Below are positions 11,467 through 22,172 of a DNA stretch of 64,000 nt, one piece after another. This stretch comes from Coleofasciculus sp. B1-GNL1-01. GTDB lineage: Bacteria > Cyanobacteriota > Cyanobacteriia > Cyanobacteriales > Coleofasciculaceae. Under the pieces are notes generated by a model. That model was not told where the DNA came from. It worked only from the letters and a program-made list of their open reading frames with translations, and did not search any database. A program made the position numbers and the translations under genes. Position 1 is the stretch's first letter. Every line of letters starts with the position of its first letter. The stretch lies in the NCBI GenBank assembly GCA_040220235.1, contig JAVJTO010000055.1; one strand, written 5' to 3'.

Positions 11467-12567
11467 ATGATCGAAGTGGATCGTCTGAGCAAGCTCTATG
11501 GCGTCACTCCAGCAATTCAGGATGTCAGTTTTAAGGTGGAACCGGGGGAAATCCTGGGATTTCTCGGACCCAATGGTGCGGGGAAAACAACTACCATGCG
11601 GATTTTAGCCGGATATTTACCTGCCACCAGTGGAACCGCCCGAATTGCTGGGTATGATGTCCATGAAAATTCTCTGGCGGTGCGCCAACGCATCGGCTAT
11701 TTACCGGAAACCCCTCCCCTTTATCCAGAAATGACGGTTGAGGGGTTCTTGTACTTTGTCGCTCGTCTCAAAGGGGTATCCGCAGGCGATCGCACTAAGC
11801 GGGTGAAGATGGCAATTAAACGCTGTAACCTTGTAGAGAAGCGCAAAGTCTTGATCCGCAAACTCTCCAAGGGATTTCGTCAACGAGTGGGAATTGCTCA
11901 AGCGATCGTTCATGATCCACCTGCGATTATCTTAGATGAACCCACCGTCGGACTCGATCCTCGGCAAATTATTGATGTCCGCAACTTGATCAAAAGCCTT
12001 GCCGGTGAACATACGATTATCCTGTCTACCCATATTCTGCCAGAGGTGAGCATGACCTGTAGTCGGGTGGCGATTATCAACCGAGGTAAAATCGTCGCCA
12101 CCAATAGCCCAGAAAACCTGATGGCGCAATTGACGGGAGGGGCGGGCTATGAGTTAGAAGTGGATGGGGATGCAACTCAACTGCAAAAGCTATTACAAGT
12201 GTTGCAGGGAGTCTGCTTAGTCGAAATTGTCCCCACTCAACAGTTACCCCCAAATCGCTCCTTAATTCGGATTGTGACGGTACCGGGTACTGATCCGGGA
12301 CGAGATATTGCGGCTGTAACTGTGGGCGCTGGGATCGGATTGCATGAAATGCGCCGCACTCGCGCTACCCTGGAAGATGTCTTTTTAGAACTGACGACTC
12401 AGGAACGGAGGGCGGAGAACCTGGAAATAGAGACAGGGAACAATTTAGCTGAATCGCCTATCTCTGATTCTCCATCAGAAGTTCCTGAATCCAATGTTTC
12501 TCAATCCCAAGTCCCTGAATCAAAAGTCCCTGAGTCAGACGTTCCCCAATCAGGAGAAGATCGTTAA
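11467..12567 (+). CDS. ABC transporter ATP-binding protein (GldA-like)
   Basis: GPNGAGKTT, LSKGFRQRV, ILDEPT. Confidence 0.95.
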   Translation: MIEVDRLSKLYGVTPAIQDVSFKVEPGEILGFLGPNGAGKTTTMRILAGYLPATSGTARIAGYDVHENSLAVRQRIGYLPETPPLYPEMTVEGFLYFVARLKGVSAGDRTKRVKMAIKRCNLVEKRKVLIRKLSKGFRQRVGIAQAIVHDPPAIILDEPTVGLDPRQIIDVRNLIKSLAGEHTIILSTHILPEVSMTCSRVAIINRGKIVATNSPENLMAQLTGGAGYELEVDGDATQLQKLLQVLQGVCLVEIVPTQQLPPNRSLIRIVTVPGTDPGRDIAAVTVGAGIGLHEMRRTRATLEDVFLELTTQERRAENLEIETGNNLAESPISDSPSEVPESNVSQSQVPESKVPESDVPQSGEDR

Positions 12568-13367
12568 TGCGTATACTCTTTGGCAATATTGTGGCAATTT
12601 TTCGCAAGGAATTGCAGGGCTATTTTGCTTCACCTTTGGCTTATATAGTGGCTGGGTTTTTCTGGCTATTGTCGGGGTTCTTTTTCGTGTGGATTCTATT
12701 AAGTCCCGATGGGATTATTCAGCAAGTAGCGCAACGCGATCAACTGGGAATGCCGACACCCCCTGTGGATGTAGCCTATGAGTTTTTGAATATGTTTTTG
12801 AGTGTTATGGGGTCTCTAATTTTATTTGTTCTCCCCATCCTCTCCATGGGACTCTATTCGGAGGAACGGAAGCGGGGAACGTTAGAACTGCTGGCAACGT
12901 CGCCAGTGACGAATTGGGCGGTAGCCCTGGGAAAACTATTAGGTGTGCTAACCTTTTTTACGATTATGGTGCTACCGTTACTCCTATATGAAGTGATCGC
13001 CTTGAATGCCGCCAATCCACCCATTCAACCGTGGGTTCCTTTATTAGCCCATGCTGGATTAATTTTACTCGCCGCATCAGTGCTTTCCCTGGGAATGTTT
13101 ATTTCTTCGTTAACCGATAGTTCAATCCTGGCAGCTTTCCTCACATTTGTTTTGATATTGTTCCTCTGGGTAATTGATTTAATTGCTAATATTATCGGTG
13201 GTGCTTTTGGGGAAGCGTTAGGTTATTTATCGTTGATGGAGAATTATACCAATTTAGTTCGGGGTGTTCTAGATACCAGTAGTCTTATTTTATTTGCTAG
13301 TTATATCTTTCTGGGCATATTCCTCACCGCTCAGTCGATTGAAGCGTTCCGATTCCAGCGCTCTTAA
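12567..13367 (+). CDS. ABC-2 permease (GldF-like)
   Basis: KELQGYFASP, SEERKRGTLELLATSP; six TM segments; coupled TAATG overlap. Confidence 0.92.
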   Translation: MRILFGNIVAIFRKELQGYFASPLAYIVAGFFWLLSGFFFVWILLSPDGIIQQVAQRDQLGMPTPPVDVAYEFLNMFLSVMGSLILFVLPILSMGLYSEERKRGTLELLATSPVTNWAVALGKLLGVLTFFTIMVLPLLLYEVIALNAANPPIQPWVPLLAHAGLILLAASVLSLGMFISSLTDSSILAAFLTFVLILFLWVIDLIANIIGGAFGEALGYLSLMENYTNLVRGVLDTSSLILFASYIFLGIFLTAQSIEAFRFQRS

Positions 13368-13523
13368 GTTCGTAGTTGCGCTTTAGCGCCCTAAGCATTT
13401 TGGTATTGATGACAAACCTGTAACTATTTTATCACTCAGTCAGGGCGGGTTTAGTCAAATCTGGGTTAGGTCAGAAACAATAATCGTAAAACCCGCCCCT
13501 ACACAATCAAAACGCTATAAACT

Positions 13524-15335
13524 ATGACAACAAAGCCGATTAAGTGGACGTATTTAAAATATCTATTTTGGTTCGGACCGATCCTGACAATTATGGGACT
13601 TACCGCCCAAGAAGTCGCGGGTGAGTGGTCTCCTGTATCCTTGGCGCTGCTAATTGCAGGACTATTGATCATTGGCTTGTGGTTCCTACTTCTAGATCAA
13701 ATCGCCCCTGGTTTTTGGGGACGCCGTTCTACCCAGGTGGGAACCAATGCGATAATTGCCACCTTAGCGATGTTTGTGATTATCGGGTTAATTAACTTTT
13801 TAGGCGTGCGTTATGGGGTACAGATTGATTTAACCGAAAATCAGCTATTTACCCTTTCACCTCAGTCACAGCAAGTTGTGAGAAATTTAGATCAATCGGT
13901 GAAAGTTTGGGTGTTTGAGAGTCCCGCTAATCCCGCCAATCAAGAACTCCTGGAAAACTACCGCCGCTATGGATCAAATTTAGAATTTGAGTTTGTTGAC
14001 CCCCAGCTACAACCTGAATTAGCCCAAAAGTTTAATGTAAATTACATAGGGGAGGTTTACTTAGAATATGGGAATCAACGGGAGTTAGTCCAAACCATTA
14101 GCCCAGGGGAACGGTTATCGGAAGTTCAGCTAACCAACGCAATTGAACGCATCACAGGCGATCGCGCGGATAAGGTCTATTTTCTCCAAGGTCATGGTGA
14201 ACGCCCATTAGAAGCGTCAGACGAAGGTGGATTATCTCAAGCCGTAAGTGCGTTAGAGACAAAAAACTTCACCGTCGAACCCCTGAATCTCGCTGAACAG
14301 CCAGCCGTTCCCGATGATGCTTCTTTAATCGTAATTGCTGGACCCAAACGAGCGTTGTTTGAACCGGAAGTGCAAGCTTTAGAAGACTATTTGGCTGACG
14401 GGGGAAGTCTGTTAGTGATGATAGATCCCGATACCAATCCCGGCTTAGAACCCTTACTATCAGATTGGGGAGTGACGTTGACGAATCAGATTGTGATTGA
14501 TGCGTCGGGTCAAGGGAGGTTAGTCGGTTTAGGTCCAGCAACCCCCTTGGTTACGCAATATGGCGATCATCCAATTACCCAAGATTTTGGAACTGGCTTT
14601 TCGATTTATCCCTTAGCGCAACCCGTGGACATGGAACCTGTAGAAGGGATAAAGGAAACCCCTCTAGTGATAACAAGTCCCCAAAGTTGGGCGGAAAACA
14701 CGCCAGAACAACAACCGTTGGAGTTTAACGAACAAGAAGGCGATCGCCCTGGTCCTTTAGTATTAGGGGTAGCGTTAAGTCGTCAAGATTCCAGCGCTTC
14801 ACCACCATCAGAACCGGAAGCGGAAGACACTCCAGAAGCTGAAGGTGAAGACACTGATGAACCCGAAGCCGAAGACACTCCAGAAGTGTCGCCAGAAGAC
14901 ACCAATGAACCCGAAGCGGAAGAAACTCCCGAAGCGTTTCTAGAAGACACCGATGAACCCGAAGCGGAAACTCCAGAAGCATCTCCCACAGCTTCGCCAG
15001 AGGAATCCCCAGAAGCCTCACCTTCACCAATCCAGACCGATGAGTCTCAGTCTCAAGAAGACGAAGCTGAATCACGATTAATTGTGTATGGTAATTCAAA
15101 CTTTGCCACAGATAGTTGGTTTGATCAGCAACTCAATCCTGATATTTTTATCAATTCCGTGAGTTGGTTAAGTAAGCGAGATGAACAAGCACTTTCGATT
15201 AGTCCCAAAGAACCCGAAGACCGCCGAATTAACTTAACACCCGTCCAATCCGGAATATTGGGATGGTTAGCCCTGTTAATTGTTCCAGCGTTTGGCTTTT
15301 TGACCGCAGGGATGCTGTGGTGGTTACGGCGGTAA
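13524..15335 (+). CDS. GldG-family ABC transporter auxiliary protein with acidic repeat insertion
   Basis: DLTENQLFTLS, VYFLQGHGE, LIVIAGP, INSVSWL; EPEAEDTPE-type repeats ~14800-15060. Confidence 0.9.
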   Translation: MTTKPIKWTYLKYLFWFGPILTIMGLTAQEVAGEWSPVSLALLIAGLLIIGLWFLLLDQIAPGFWGRRSTQVGTNAIIATLAMFVIIGLINFLGVRYGVQIDLTENQLFTLSPQSQQVVRNLDQSVKVWVFESPANPANQELLENYRRYGSNLEFEFVDPQLQPELAQKFNVNYIGEVYLEYGNQRELVQTISPGERLSEVQLTNAIERITGDRADKVYFLQGHGERPLEASDEGGLSQAVSALETKNFTVEPLNLAEQPAVPDDASLIVIAGPKRALFEPEVQALEDYLADGGSLLVMIDPDTNPGLEPLLSDWGVTLTNQIVIDASGQGRLVGLGPATPLVTQYGDHPITQDFGTGFSIYPLAQPVDMEPVEGIKETPLVITSPQSWAENTPEQQPLEFNEQEGDRPGPLVLGVALSRQDSSASPPSEPEAEDTPEAEGEDTDEPEAEDTPEVSPEDTNEPEAEETPEAFLEDTDEPEAETPEASPTASPEESPEASPSPIQTDESQSQEDEAESRLIVYGNSNFATDSWFDQQLNPDIFINSVSWLSKRDEQALSISPKEPEDRRINLTPVQSGILGWLALLIVPAFGFLTAGMLWWLRR

Positions 15336-15549
15336 AGGTACATCTGTAGGGGCGGGTTTTACGATTATCATCTATTTGTCACCCAGATGTGACTAAACCC
15401 GCCCCGACTAAGTGATATAAAATGTTCGCATCGGAATTATGTTTTTTTAACGCAGAGGACGCAGAGGTTGACGCAGAGGGACGCAGAGGGGTCATAACCA
15501 ATGACGAATGACAAATGAACAATGACAAATGACCAATGACGAATAACAA

Positions 15550-16455
15550 ATGAAGCTACAGAAGACTACTTGGGTTTTATTAATTGTTGCCCTTTTCCTG
15601 GGAGGATTTGTCTACTTTTATGAAATCGTTGGAACTCCTCAACGGGAAGCCGCGAAGGAAGCCGAAAAGCAACTGTTTAGCTTTGAAGAAGATGAGGTTC
15701 AACGGGTTAACATTTATATCCAGGAAGAAAGCCGAAAATTTGAACGGGTGAGTGAACCTGAACCCGGTTGGCGCATGACGGAACCGAAGGATGTCCCCGC
15801 CAGTGATCCATCGGTTGCATTTCTCTTGAATTTACTCGTTGAAGGAAAGAGCGATCGCATAATTCCCAATGTCCCTCCGGAAAACCTGAAAGACTATGGC
15901 TTAGACAAACCCCAAGCCATGGTAACGGTGCGGCTTACAAACGATGAAACCCATGAAATTCTTTTAGGAAAACCAGATTTTAATAATAGTTTTCTCTATG
16001 CTCAAATTGATCCATTCTCAGACAAATCCCAGCAATCTAACGTCTTTTTAGTCCCCATGGACTTTGACTATGCTGTCAATCGCCCCTTATCAGAATGGGA
16101 GCAAACAAAAGAGGAAACACCTGAAGTAACTCAGCCATCCGATACGGAAAACGAGGAATCAACCTCTGAAACCGAACCCGCTACAGAGGAAAAAGAATCC
16201 CCTGAAAGCCAAGCACAACCCACTCCTAACAACTCTGATACTGAAACCGAGGAATCAACCCCTGAACCTGAAAAAACACCGACATCTGAGAACAAAAAGC
16301 CGTCCCCATCTCCCTCTCCTGAAAACACGTCCTCTTCCGAAGACAAAAAGCAGTCAATAGAGGATGAAACGGCTTCTCCTAATGAGGAAACAGAACCTGA
16401 AAATACCCCCAATGACTCTGAAGACGAAGATGTTTCTACTGATACAGAGGGTTGA
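15550..16455 (+). CDS. DUF4340 domain protein
   Basis: N-terminal TM, LKDYGLDKP; fourth gene of the Gld-like operon; acidic tail. Confidence 0.8.
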   Translation: MKLQKTTWVLLIVALFLGGFVYFYEIVGTPQREAAKEAEKQLFSFEEDEVQRVNIYIQEESRKFERVSEPEPGWRMTEPKDVPASDPSVAFLLNLLVEGKSDRIIPNVPPENLKDYGLDKPQAMVTVRLTNDETHEILLGKPDFNNSFLYAQIDPFSDKSQQSNVFLVPMDFDYAVNRPLSEWEQTKEETPEVTQPSDTENEESTSETEPATEEKESPESQAQPTPNNSDTETEESTPEPEKTPTSENKKPSPSPSPENTSSSEDKKQSIEDETASPNEETEPENTPNDSEDEDVSTDTEG

Positions 16456-16511
16456 AACTGTTTCCTGTTCCCTGTTCCCTCCCCTCACCATAAAACTCCC
16501 TGTAGCAACCC

Positions 16512-17606
16512 CTATTTTAAAGGATGACTGATGAAAGCGTACCTGTCATCAATTCTAACTCTGGCTACTCCTTGCTGAAATGACCAAGCACTATCAAATT
16601 GGGGCTTGATGACTAAATTCCCTATTTTGTTAATATAGCCCCACTTGTCGCCTATTTTGATCGCGATTAAGTCTTCCGAAAAGTCATAGGTGTTATCAAA
16701 CTGGGGAGCAATTAGCATATTTCCCTGCTGATCAATATAACCAATTTTATCGTTCATCGAGATGCCAGACACACCTTGGACAAAATCCCCCGCCCAATCA
16801 AAATAAGGCATAATCACAAACTCGCCTTGATGATTAATATACCCCGATTTCATTGCTTGATTCGAGACAGACGCCAAGCCTTCGGAAAAAGAACTCGCAT
16901 CTTTAAATTGAGGTGGAATCGCCCAGTTTCCGGTTTTGTCGATATAGCCATACTGGTTATTCAATTTTACCGTAGCTAACCCCTCAGAAAACGGTTTTGC
17001 TTCCTGAAATTGAGGCGGAGTAATCCAGTTTCCGGTTTTATCTACATAACCATACTGATTATTGTTTTCGACAATTGCCAATCCTTCGGAAAACAAATCC
17101 GCATCGTAAAATTGAGGTAAAATTATTACCGTGCCAGTTTTATCAATATAGCCCCAATCATCGTCTTGTTTAACTGGGGCTAATCCTTCCGCGAACGATT
17201 TAGCGCCATCGAATTGAGGTTTAATTACCCAGTTACCTGTTTGATCAATATAACCCCATTTTCCATCAACTTTGACTGGGGCTACATCTTCAGTAAACGA
17301 ATCAGCTAACTCGAATTGTGGTTGAATTACCCAGTTACCTGTTTGATTAATATAGCCCCACTCCCCATCCAACTTAACCGCAGCCAATCCCTGAGAAAAA
17401 TCATGTCCTGACTCTAACTCAAACGGGAAAGTAAATTGTACAGGAACAGCATTTTCGCTAGAAATTCGAGAAGTATGGAAACCGTTGTTAATCGTTGATA
17501 TAATCTGACATCCGGATAATTGAGTAACCAGTAAACCGAAGAAGAGACTGGTGATCTTAACAACTAGCCGATGTCTAAACTGGTAATCTAACAATCCTCT
17601 ACCCAT
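16512..17606 (-). CDS. WG-repeat (beta-repeat) lipoprotein
   Basis: About eight FSEGLA.V...WGYID.TG.W.I.PQF repeats; LSGC lipobox. Confidence 0.9.
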   Translation of the reverse strand: MGRGLLDYQFRHRLVVKITSLFFGLLVTQLSGCQIISTINNGFHTSRISSENAVPVQFTFPFELESGHDFSQGLAAVKLDGEWGYINQTGNWVIQPQFELADSFTEDVAPVKVDGKWGYIDQTGNWVIKPQFDGAKSFAEGLAPVKQDDDWGYIDKTGTVIILPQFYDADLFSEGLAIVENNNQYGYVDKTGNWITPPQFQEAKPFSEGLATVKLNNQYGYIDKTGNWAIPPQFKDASSFSEGLASVSNQAMKSGYINHQGEFVIMPYFDWAGDFVQGVSGISMNDKIGYIDQQGNMLIAPQFDNTYDFSEDLIAIKIGDKWGYINKIGNLVIKPQFDSAWSFQQGVARVRIDDRYAFISHPLK

Positions 17607-17932
17607 GGGGTAATAATCACTATTTAGGGCTTGTTGAATAAGTGCTGTGGGGAGCAGGGGGAGCAATGTAGAGACGTGCCATGGCACGTCTGGAAACTGG
17701 AGGAGCAGGGGAAGATGAGAAAGTTAACTCAAAACTCTACCTTACCTGTTCCCTGACGAATGACAAATGACGTAGCTTGCTTCTCGCTTGCGCGAGTATG
17801 ACAAATGACGAATGACGATCTCCGCCGTTAACTTTAATTGTCCCCACCTACTTAACCCCTCAGTGTCATCAGTGCTACCAACCGCCCATATCCCCACTCC
17901 AATCCCTCAACATCAATCCGTGAAATCAGTGT

Positions 17933-19324
17933 TTACCGTCTTGCTACCCCTTCATTCCGGGCGGCTTGTTGTACCGCTGCGGAAACAGCCGTCACAACAC
18001 GCTGATCAAAAACAGATGGAATAATATGTTCAGCGTCCAAATCTGTCGTAGACATCAAAGACGCGATTGCTTTTGCCGCTTCTAGATACATCGTACTGGT
18101 AATCATGGAGGCGCGACAGTCGAGGGCGCCGCGAAACACACCAGGAAACGCCAGAACATTATTAATTTGATTGGGATAGTCACTGCGCCCCGTTGCCATA
18201 ACCGCGACATCCTCTAACACCAATTCTGGCTGAATTTCGGGGATTGGATTCGCCATCGCCATAACAATGGGATCTCTTGCCATCGAATGTACCATGTCTG
18301 GCGTCAAAACACCGGGAACACTGACGCCGAGAAACACATCCGCCCCCACCATGGCACCCGCTAAAGTACCACTAGATTCAACGGCAAATTCCTGCTTTTG
18401 GGGTGTTAAATCCGTGCGTTTGGTTGAGAGAATCCCTTTGGAATCACAGATCCAAATCATCTTCGCCCCAGCTTGACGTAATAGCCGCGCGATCGCAATT
18501 CCCGCTGCGCCAGCGCCATTAATCACAATTCGCACCTCTTCCAGGGATTTCTTCACCAGTTTCAGGGAATTAATTAACGCCGCTAAACTGACAATCGCGG
18601 TTCCATGCTGATCATCGTGAAACACAGGAATATCCAAGACTTGTCGCAGTTTGGCTTCAATGTCAAAGCAACGGGGGGCGCTGATATCTTCCAGGTTAAT
18701 TCCGCCAAAAACGGGAGCAATATTTTTAACGGTTTCGATAATCGTATCGGTATCTTGATTTGCCAGACATATAGGAAAGGCGTCAATTCCGGCAAATTCT
18801 TTAAACAGCATCGCTTTCCCTTCCATAACGGGTAATGCGGCTTCGGCACCTAAGTTGCCCAATCCTAATACGGCGCTACCATCTGTAACAATTGCTACTG
18901 TATTACTTTTAATGGTCAGGGAGTAAACATCTTGGGGTTCATCGGCGATCGCGTTACAAATTCGACCCACCCCTGGTGTATACGCCATGGCTAAATCAGC
19001 TTGGGTTTTCAGGGGAAGTTTGTTCTCGATGCTGATTTTGCCCCCTCGATGTAGATTGAACGTGCGATCATAGACATCGATCACCTTGATATGGGTAAGT
19101 TCCTTAACCGCTTGCACAATCTGTTCAGCGTGTTCGGTACTCGTCGCATCGATGGTGATTTCACGAGTCGTAACTTTGTGGGTTTGGTGAATCAGATCAA
19201 TCTGTCCCAGGTTTCCCCCTACCTGTGCGATCGCGTGAGTAACAGTGGCTAACATCCCAGAACGATTGGGAAGTTGGATGCGAATCGTTAAACTGAAACT
19301 GGAATTCGGTGTCAGGTCTGCCAT
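17933..19324 (-). CDS. NAD(P)-dependent malic enzyme with N-terminal ACT domain
   Basis: AYTPGVG, MEGKAMLFK, FHDDQHGTA, GAGAAG, NQINNVLAFPG. Confidence 0.96.
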   Translation of the reverse strand: MADLTPNSSFSLTIRIQLPNRSGMLATVTHAIAQVGGNLGQIDLIHQTHKVTTREITIDATSTEHAEQIVQAVKELTHIKVIDVYDRTFNLHRGGKISIENKLPLKTQADLAMAYTPGVGRICNAIADEPQDVYSLTIKSNTVAIVTDGSAVLGLGNLGAEAALPVMEGKAMLFKEFAGIDAFPICLANQDTDTIIETVKNIAPVFGGINLEDISAPRCFDIEAKLRQVLDIPVFHDDQHGTAIVSLAALINSLKLVKKSLEEVRIVINGAGAAGIAIARLLRQAGAKMIWICDSKGILSTKRTDLTPQKQEFAVESSGTLAGAMVGADVFLGVSVPGVLTPDMVHSMARDPIVMAMANPIPEIQPELVLEDVAVMATGRSDYPNQINNVLAFPGVFRGALDCRASMITSTMYLEAAKAIASLMSTTDLDAEHIIPSVFDQRVVTAVSAAVQQAARNEGVARR

Positions 19325-19409
19325 GCTGGATTGATTTCGGGTCTCAAGCTTTCAATTGTAGACCGAATTCCCAGTCCGAGGGAAAGCTCTTGGTGAACAG
19401 GTGCGGGGT

Positions 19410-19545
19410 TGTAGGGGCGGGTTTTGTTGTTCGGTTATCGGTGGGGAGGGCGGGTTTTGTTGTTCGGTTATCGGTGGGGAGGGCGGGTTTTGTTGTTCAT
19501 TTATCGGTGGATATCTGAATTGATTCCCTAAACCCGCCCCTACAA
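19410..19545. repeat. REP-like element with internal 33-bp tandem repeat (x3)
   Basis: GGGCGGGTTTTGTTGTTCGGTTATCGGTGGGGA units closed by AAACCCGCCCCTAC. Confidence 0.85.
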
Positions 19546-19566
19546 TTGTCTTATTACTTTTTTATT

Positions 19567-20001
19567 ATGACAAGTCTCTATACTGAAATCGAAATTAATG
19601 CTCCTAAGTCACAAGTGTGGCAGGTTTTGTTGGACAAACAGCAGTGGAAGTATTGGAACACGTTTCTATTTGACCGTGAACCCGAACAGCCCTTGGAAAA
19701 AGGACAAGCCGTGTCTCTGTCTTTACGACGATTACCCAAGGATGAAGAAACGGAATTTGAACCCCTGATCACACTTTTACAACCCGAAATTTGTCTGCGC
19801 TGGGTTTCATCGATTCCCGGTTTTCGCAGTGAGTACGTCTTTGAGTTACAAGAGATTGGTTTGAGTCGCACTAAATATGTTCATATAAGCCGTTTTTCAG
19901 GTATTCTCACTCGTGTTTTTGTCCCCTTTATCCGGCAAGATGAGCATCGGGGAATGCAACGCATGGCGCGGGAGTTGAAGCGGTATGTTGAGCATTTATA
20001 A
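19567..20001 (+). CDS. SRPBCC domain protein
   Basis: TEIEINAPKSQVWQVL..WKYWN; C-terminal helix ARELKRYVE. Confidence 0.85.
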   Translation: MTSLYTEIEINAPKSQVWQVLLDKQQWKYWNTFLFDREPEQPLEKGQAVSLSLRRLPKDEETEFEPLITLLQPEICLRWVSSIPGFRSEYVFELQEIGLSRTKYVHISRFSGILTRVFVPFIRQDEHRGMQRMARELKRYVEHL

Positions 20002-20052
20002 TTAGGGAAAATATGGCTCTTGAGACCAGATGTTCTGCTATTCCCTAGGATT

Positions 20053-20619
20053 ATGACTACCGTATTAAACTTAAAGCCACTGACGACGACATTGACGCGA
20101 TCGCAGTTTTATCAACTGTGTGTAGCCAACCCTGATGTACCATTAGAACGTTCGCCCCAGGGAGAGTTAATTATCATGACACCGATTGGTGGAGAAGGTG
20201 GTAGCCAAGAAGCAAATCTAATTGGCGATCTGATCATCTGGAATCGCCAGACTCAGCTTGGTGTAGTCTTTAGTTCCCAAACAGTCTTTAGTTTACCTGG
20301 TGGAGGCGATCGCTCTCCAGATGTCGCTTGGGTGGAATTGGGGCGATGGCAACGTTTGAGTCAATCGGAACGAGAAAAGTTTCCGCCGCTTTGTCCAGAT
20401 TTCGTGATTGAATTGCGATCGCGCACCGACCGATTAAAGCCACTTCAGGATAAGATGCAGGAATATTTGGCAAGTGGTTTACGTTTGGGTTGGTTAATTA
20501 ATTATCAGGATCGGCAAGTGGAGATTTATCGAGAGGGAACAGAGGTAGAAGTTGTGTCGATGCCTGTTGTGTTGTCAGGGGAGGAAATATTGCCAGGGTT
20601 TAGATTAGAAATGCTGTAG
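20053..20619 (+). CDS. Uma2 family endonuclease
   Basis: RSPDVAW, CPDFVIELRS, KMQEYLASGLRLGWLI. Confidence 0.95.
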   Translation: MTTVLNLKPLTTTLTRSQFYQLCVANPDVPLERSPQGELIIMTPIGGEGGSQEANLIGDLIIWNRQTQLGVVFSSQTVFSLPGGGDRSPDVAWVELGRWQRLSQSEREKFPPLCPDFVIELRSRTDRLKPLQDKMQEYLASGLRLGWLINYQDRQVEIYREGTEVEVVSMPVVLSGEEILPGFRLEML

Positions 20620-20790
20620 GGGCGGGTTTAGAGATTCAATTAAACATATCACCAATAACCTTTCAACAAAACCCGCCCTTTTCCTAGGTGTAGCCGATCA
20701 ATAAATTCTGTAGGGGCGGGTTTAGGGATTCAATTAAACATATCACCGATAACCTTTCAACAAAACCCGCCCTTTTCCTAGATGTAGCTA
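20614..20790. repeat. Two tandem REP-like units (94-bp period)
   Basis: CTGTAGGGGCGGGTTTAG..AAACCCGCCCTTTTCCTAG at 20614 and 20708. Confidence 0.85.
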
Positions 20791-20796
20791 AACAAT

Positions 20797-21135
20797 TCAC
20801 GCCGCCGTACAAACAACCCGAAACCCGATATCGAGAAACCCGTAGTCTGGCACGTTTCTGAAGCGCAGAGAACAACGACAGAACCACGGATCATCAAACC
20901 ATGAACCACCGCGCATCACTCTAAAATGCTTCTGATGATCATCAATTAACCAAGCTTGACCATTTGATGGCGCATCTATATAGTTATCATGCCAATGATC
21001 AGCACACCATTCGTACACATTTTCATGCAGATCAAATAAGCCAAACGTGTTCGCTACAGGGAAACTCCCGACTGGGGTAGTTTCTTCACGATACTTACCC
21101 CTAGAACCTTCAGCATAAATATATTTGCCGTCGTT
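20797..21135 (-). pseudogene. C-terminal fragment of an FGE-sulfatase (CLec-fold) domain protein
   Basis: TTPVGSFPVANTFGLFDLHENVYEWCADHWH..RGGSW..IGFRVVC; no N-terminus or start. Confidence 0.8.
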
Positions 21136-21252
21136 AATGTAGCCTAATGGGGTAAACCTGTCAATTTGTCAAGATTACGGTAATAGGAATTTTGCGCGAT
21201 CGCTCCTGGCATAGTGGTCAATGTTCAGAACGCCCATGTCCAGCAATTCAGC

Positions 21253-22115
21253 GTGAAAACCGACACCATCTTCTATAACCTGTTTCTCGAATTCCCACTC
21301 ACCCTTGGCAGGTTGTCGTGATCTATCCTACTCGTAGGATTGAACGAGAACAAGCGTTTCAATTTGGTGAAATCCTTACCCTCAATCGCGTCAAACGCAT
21401 TTATATTGATGAATTAGGAGAAACCCCATCCGGTTCCCTTGGGATTGAAATAGTTAAGCTGGTGATTGAGGATGAGGACACTGCACCGGAACGAGCAAGA
21501 CGATTAGTCGCACAAGCTCAAATACAGATAGATGATGAAGCAAGCCAGCACAATCTAATCAAATTAATTGAGACAATCCTTGTTTACAAACTACCCCAAA
21601 AAAGCCGCGAGGAGATTGAAGCAATGTTCAGCTTAAGTGAACTCAAGCAAACTAAAGTTTATCAGGAAGCCTTAGAAGAAGGTGAAATTAAAGCCAAGTT
21701 AGCCGCGATACCACGCATGATAGAATTTGGCTTAAGATTGCCGCAAATTGCCCAGTTGCAAGATTTACCGCTAGAGGTTGTACAACAGACAGAACAGTTA
21801 TTTCAGAAACAAAACGTTGCCGCTTTTATTGAACTCTTAAATAATCAGCGCAACCTGTTTTCAGCTCAAGAGTTGGCAGAATTACAGCAGTGGATTACCC
21901 CTGTACCGGATCAGGTTGAAGACTTATCCCAGGCGATCGCACAATGGTGTAATCAGGAATCCCATACTATACAGCGTCAGGCTTGGCGTCAAGTTCTCTC
22001 TGATTTATGGAAGGCGACGGTGGAAACGATATTGAAAACGTACCCCAAGACTCTGGATTTAACATCCTCTCCCCTAACTAAGCAAATGGTGCAACAGGGG
22101 ATTGAAGGGAGTTGA
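21253..22115 (+). pseudogene. DUF2887/Rpn-like protein with internal deletion and frameshift
   Basis: GTG 21253 encodes MKTDTIFYNLFLEFP, then joins out of frame to PTHPWQVVVIYP..ETILVYKLP..SREEIEAM..LKQTKVYQEA. Confidence 0.75.
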
Positions 22116-22172
22116 AACCGGGAACTGTAGAGACGGTGCATGCAACGTCTCTACAACTATTTTTGATGAACC

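Noticed and set aside
20614..21135. Complete diversity-generating retroelement
   Set aside because: No RT, Avd or template repeat in the window; the adjacent duplication is a REP-like unit
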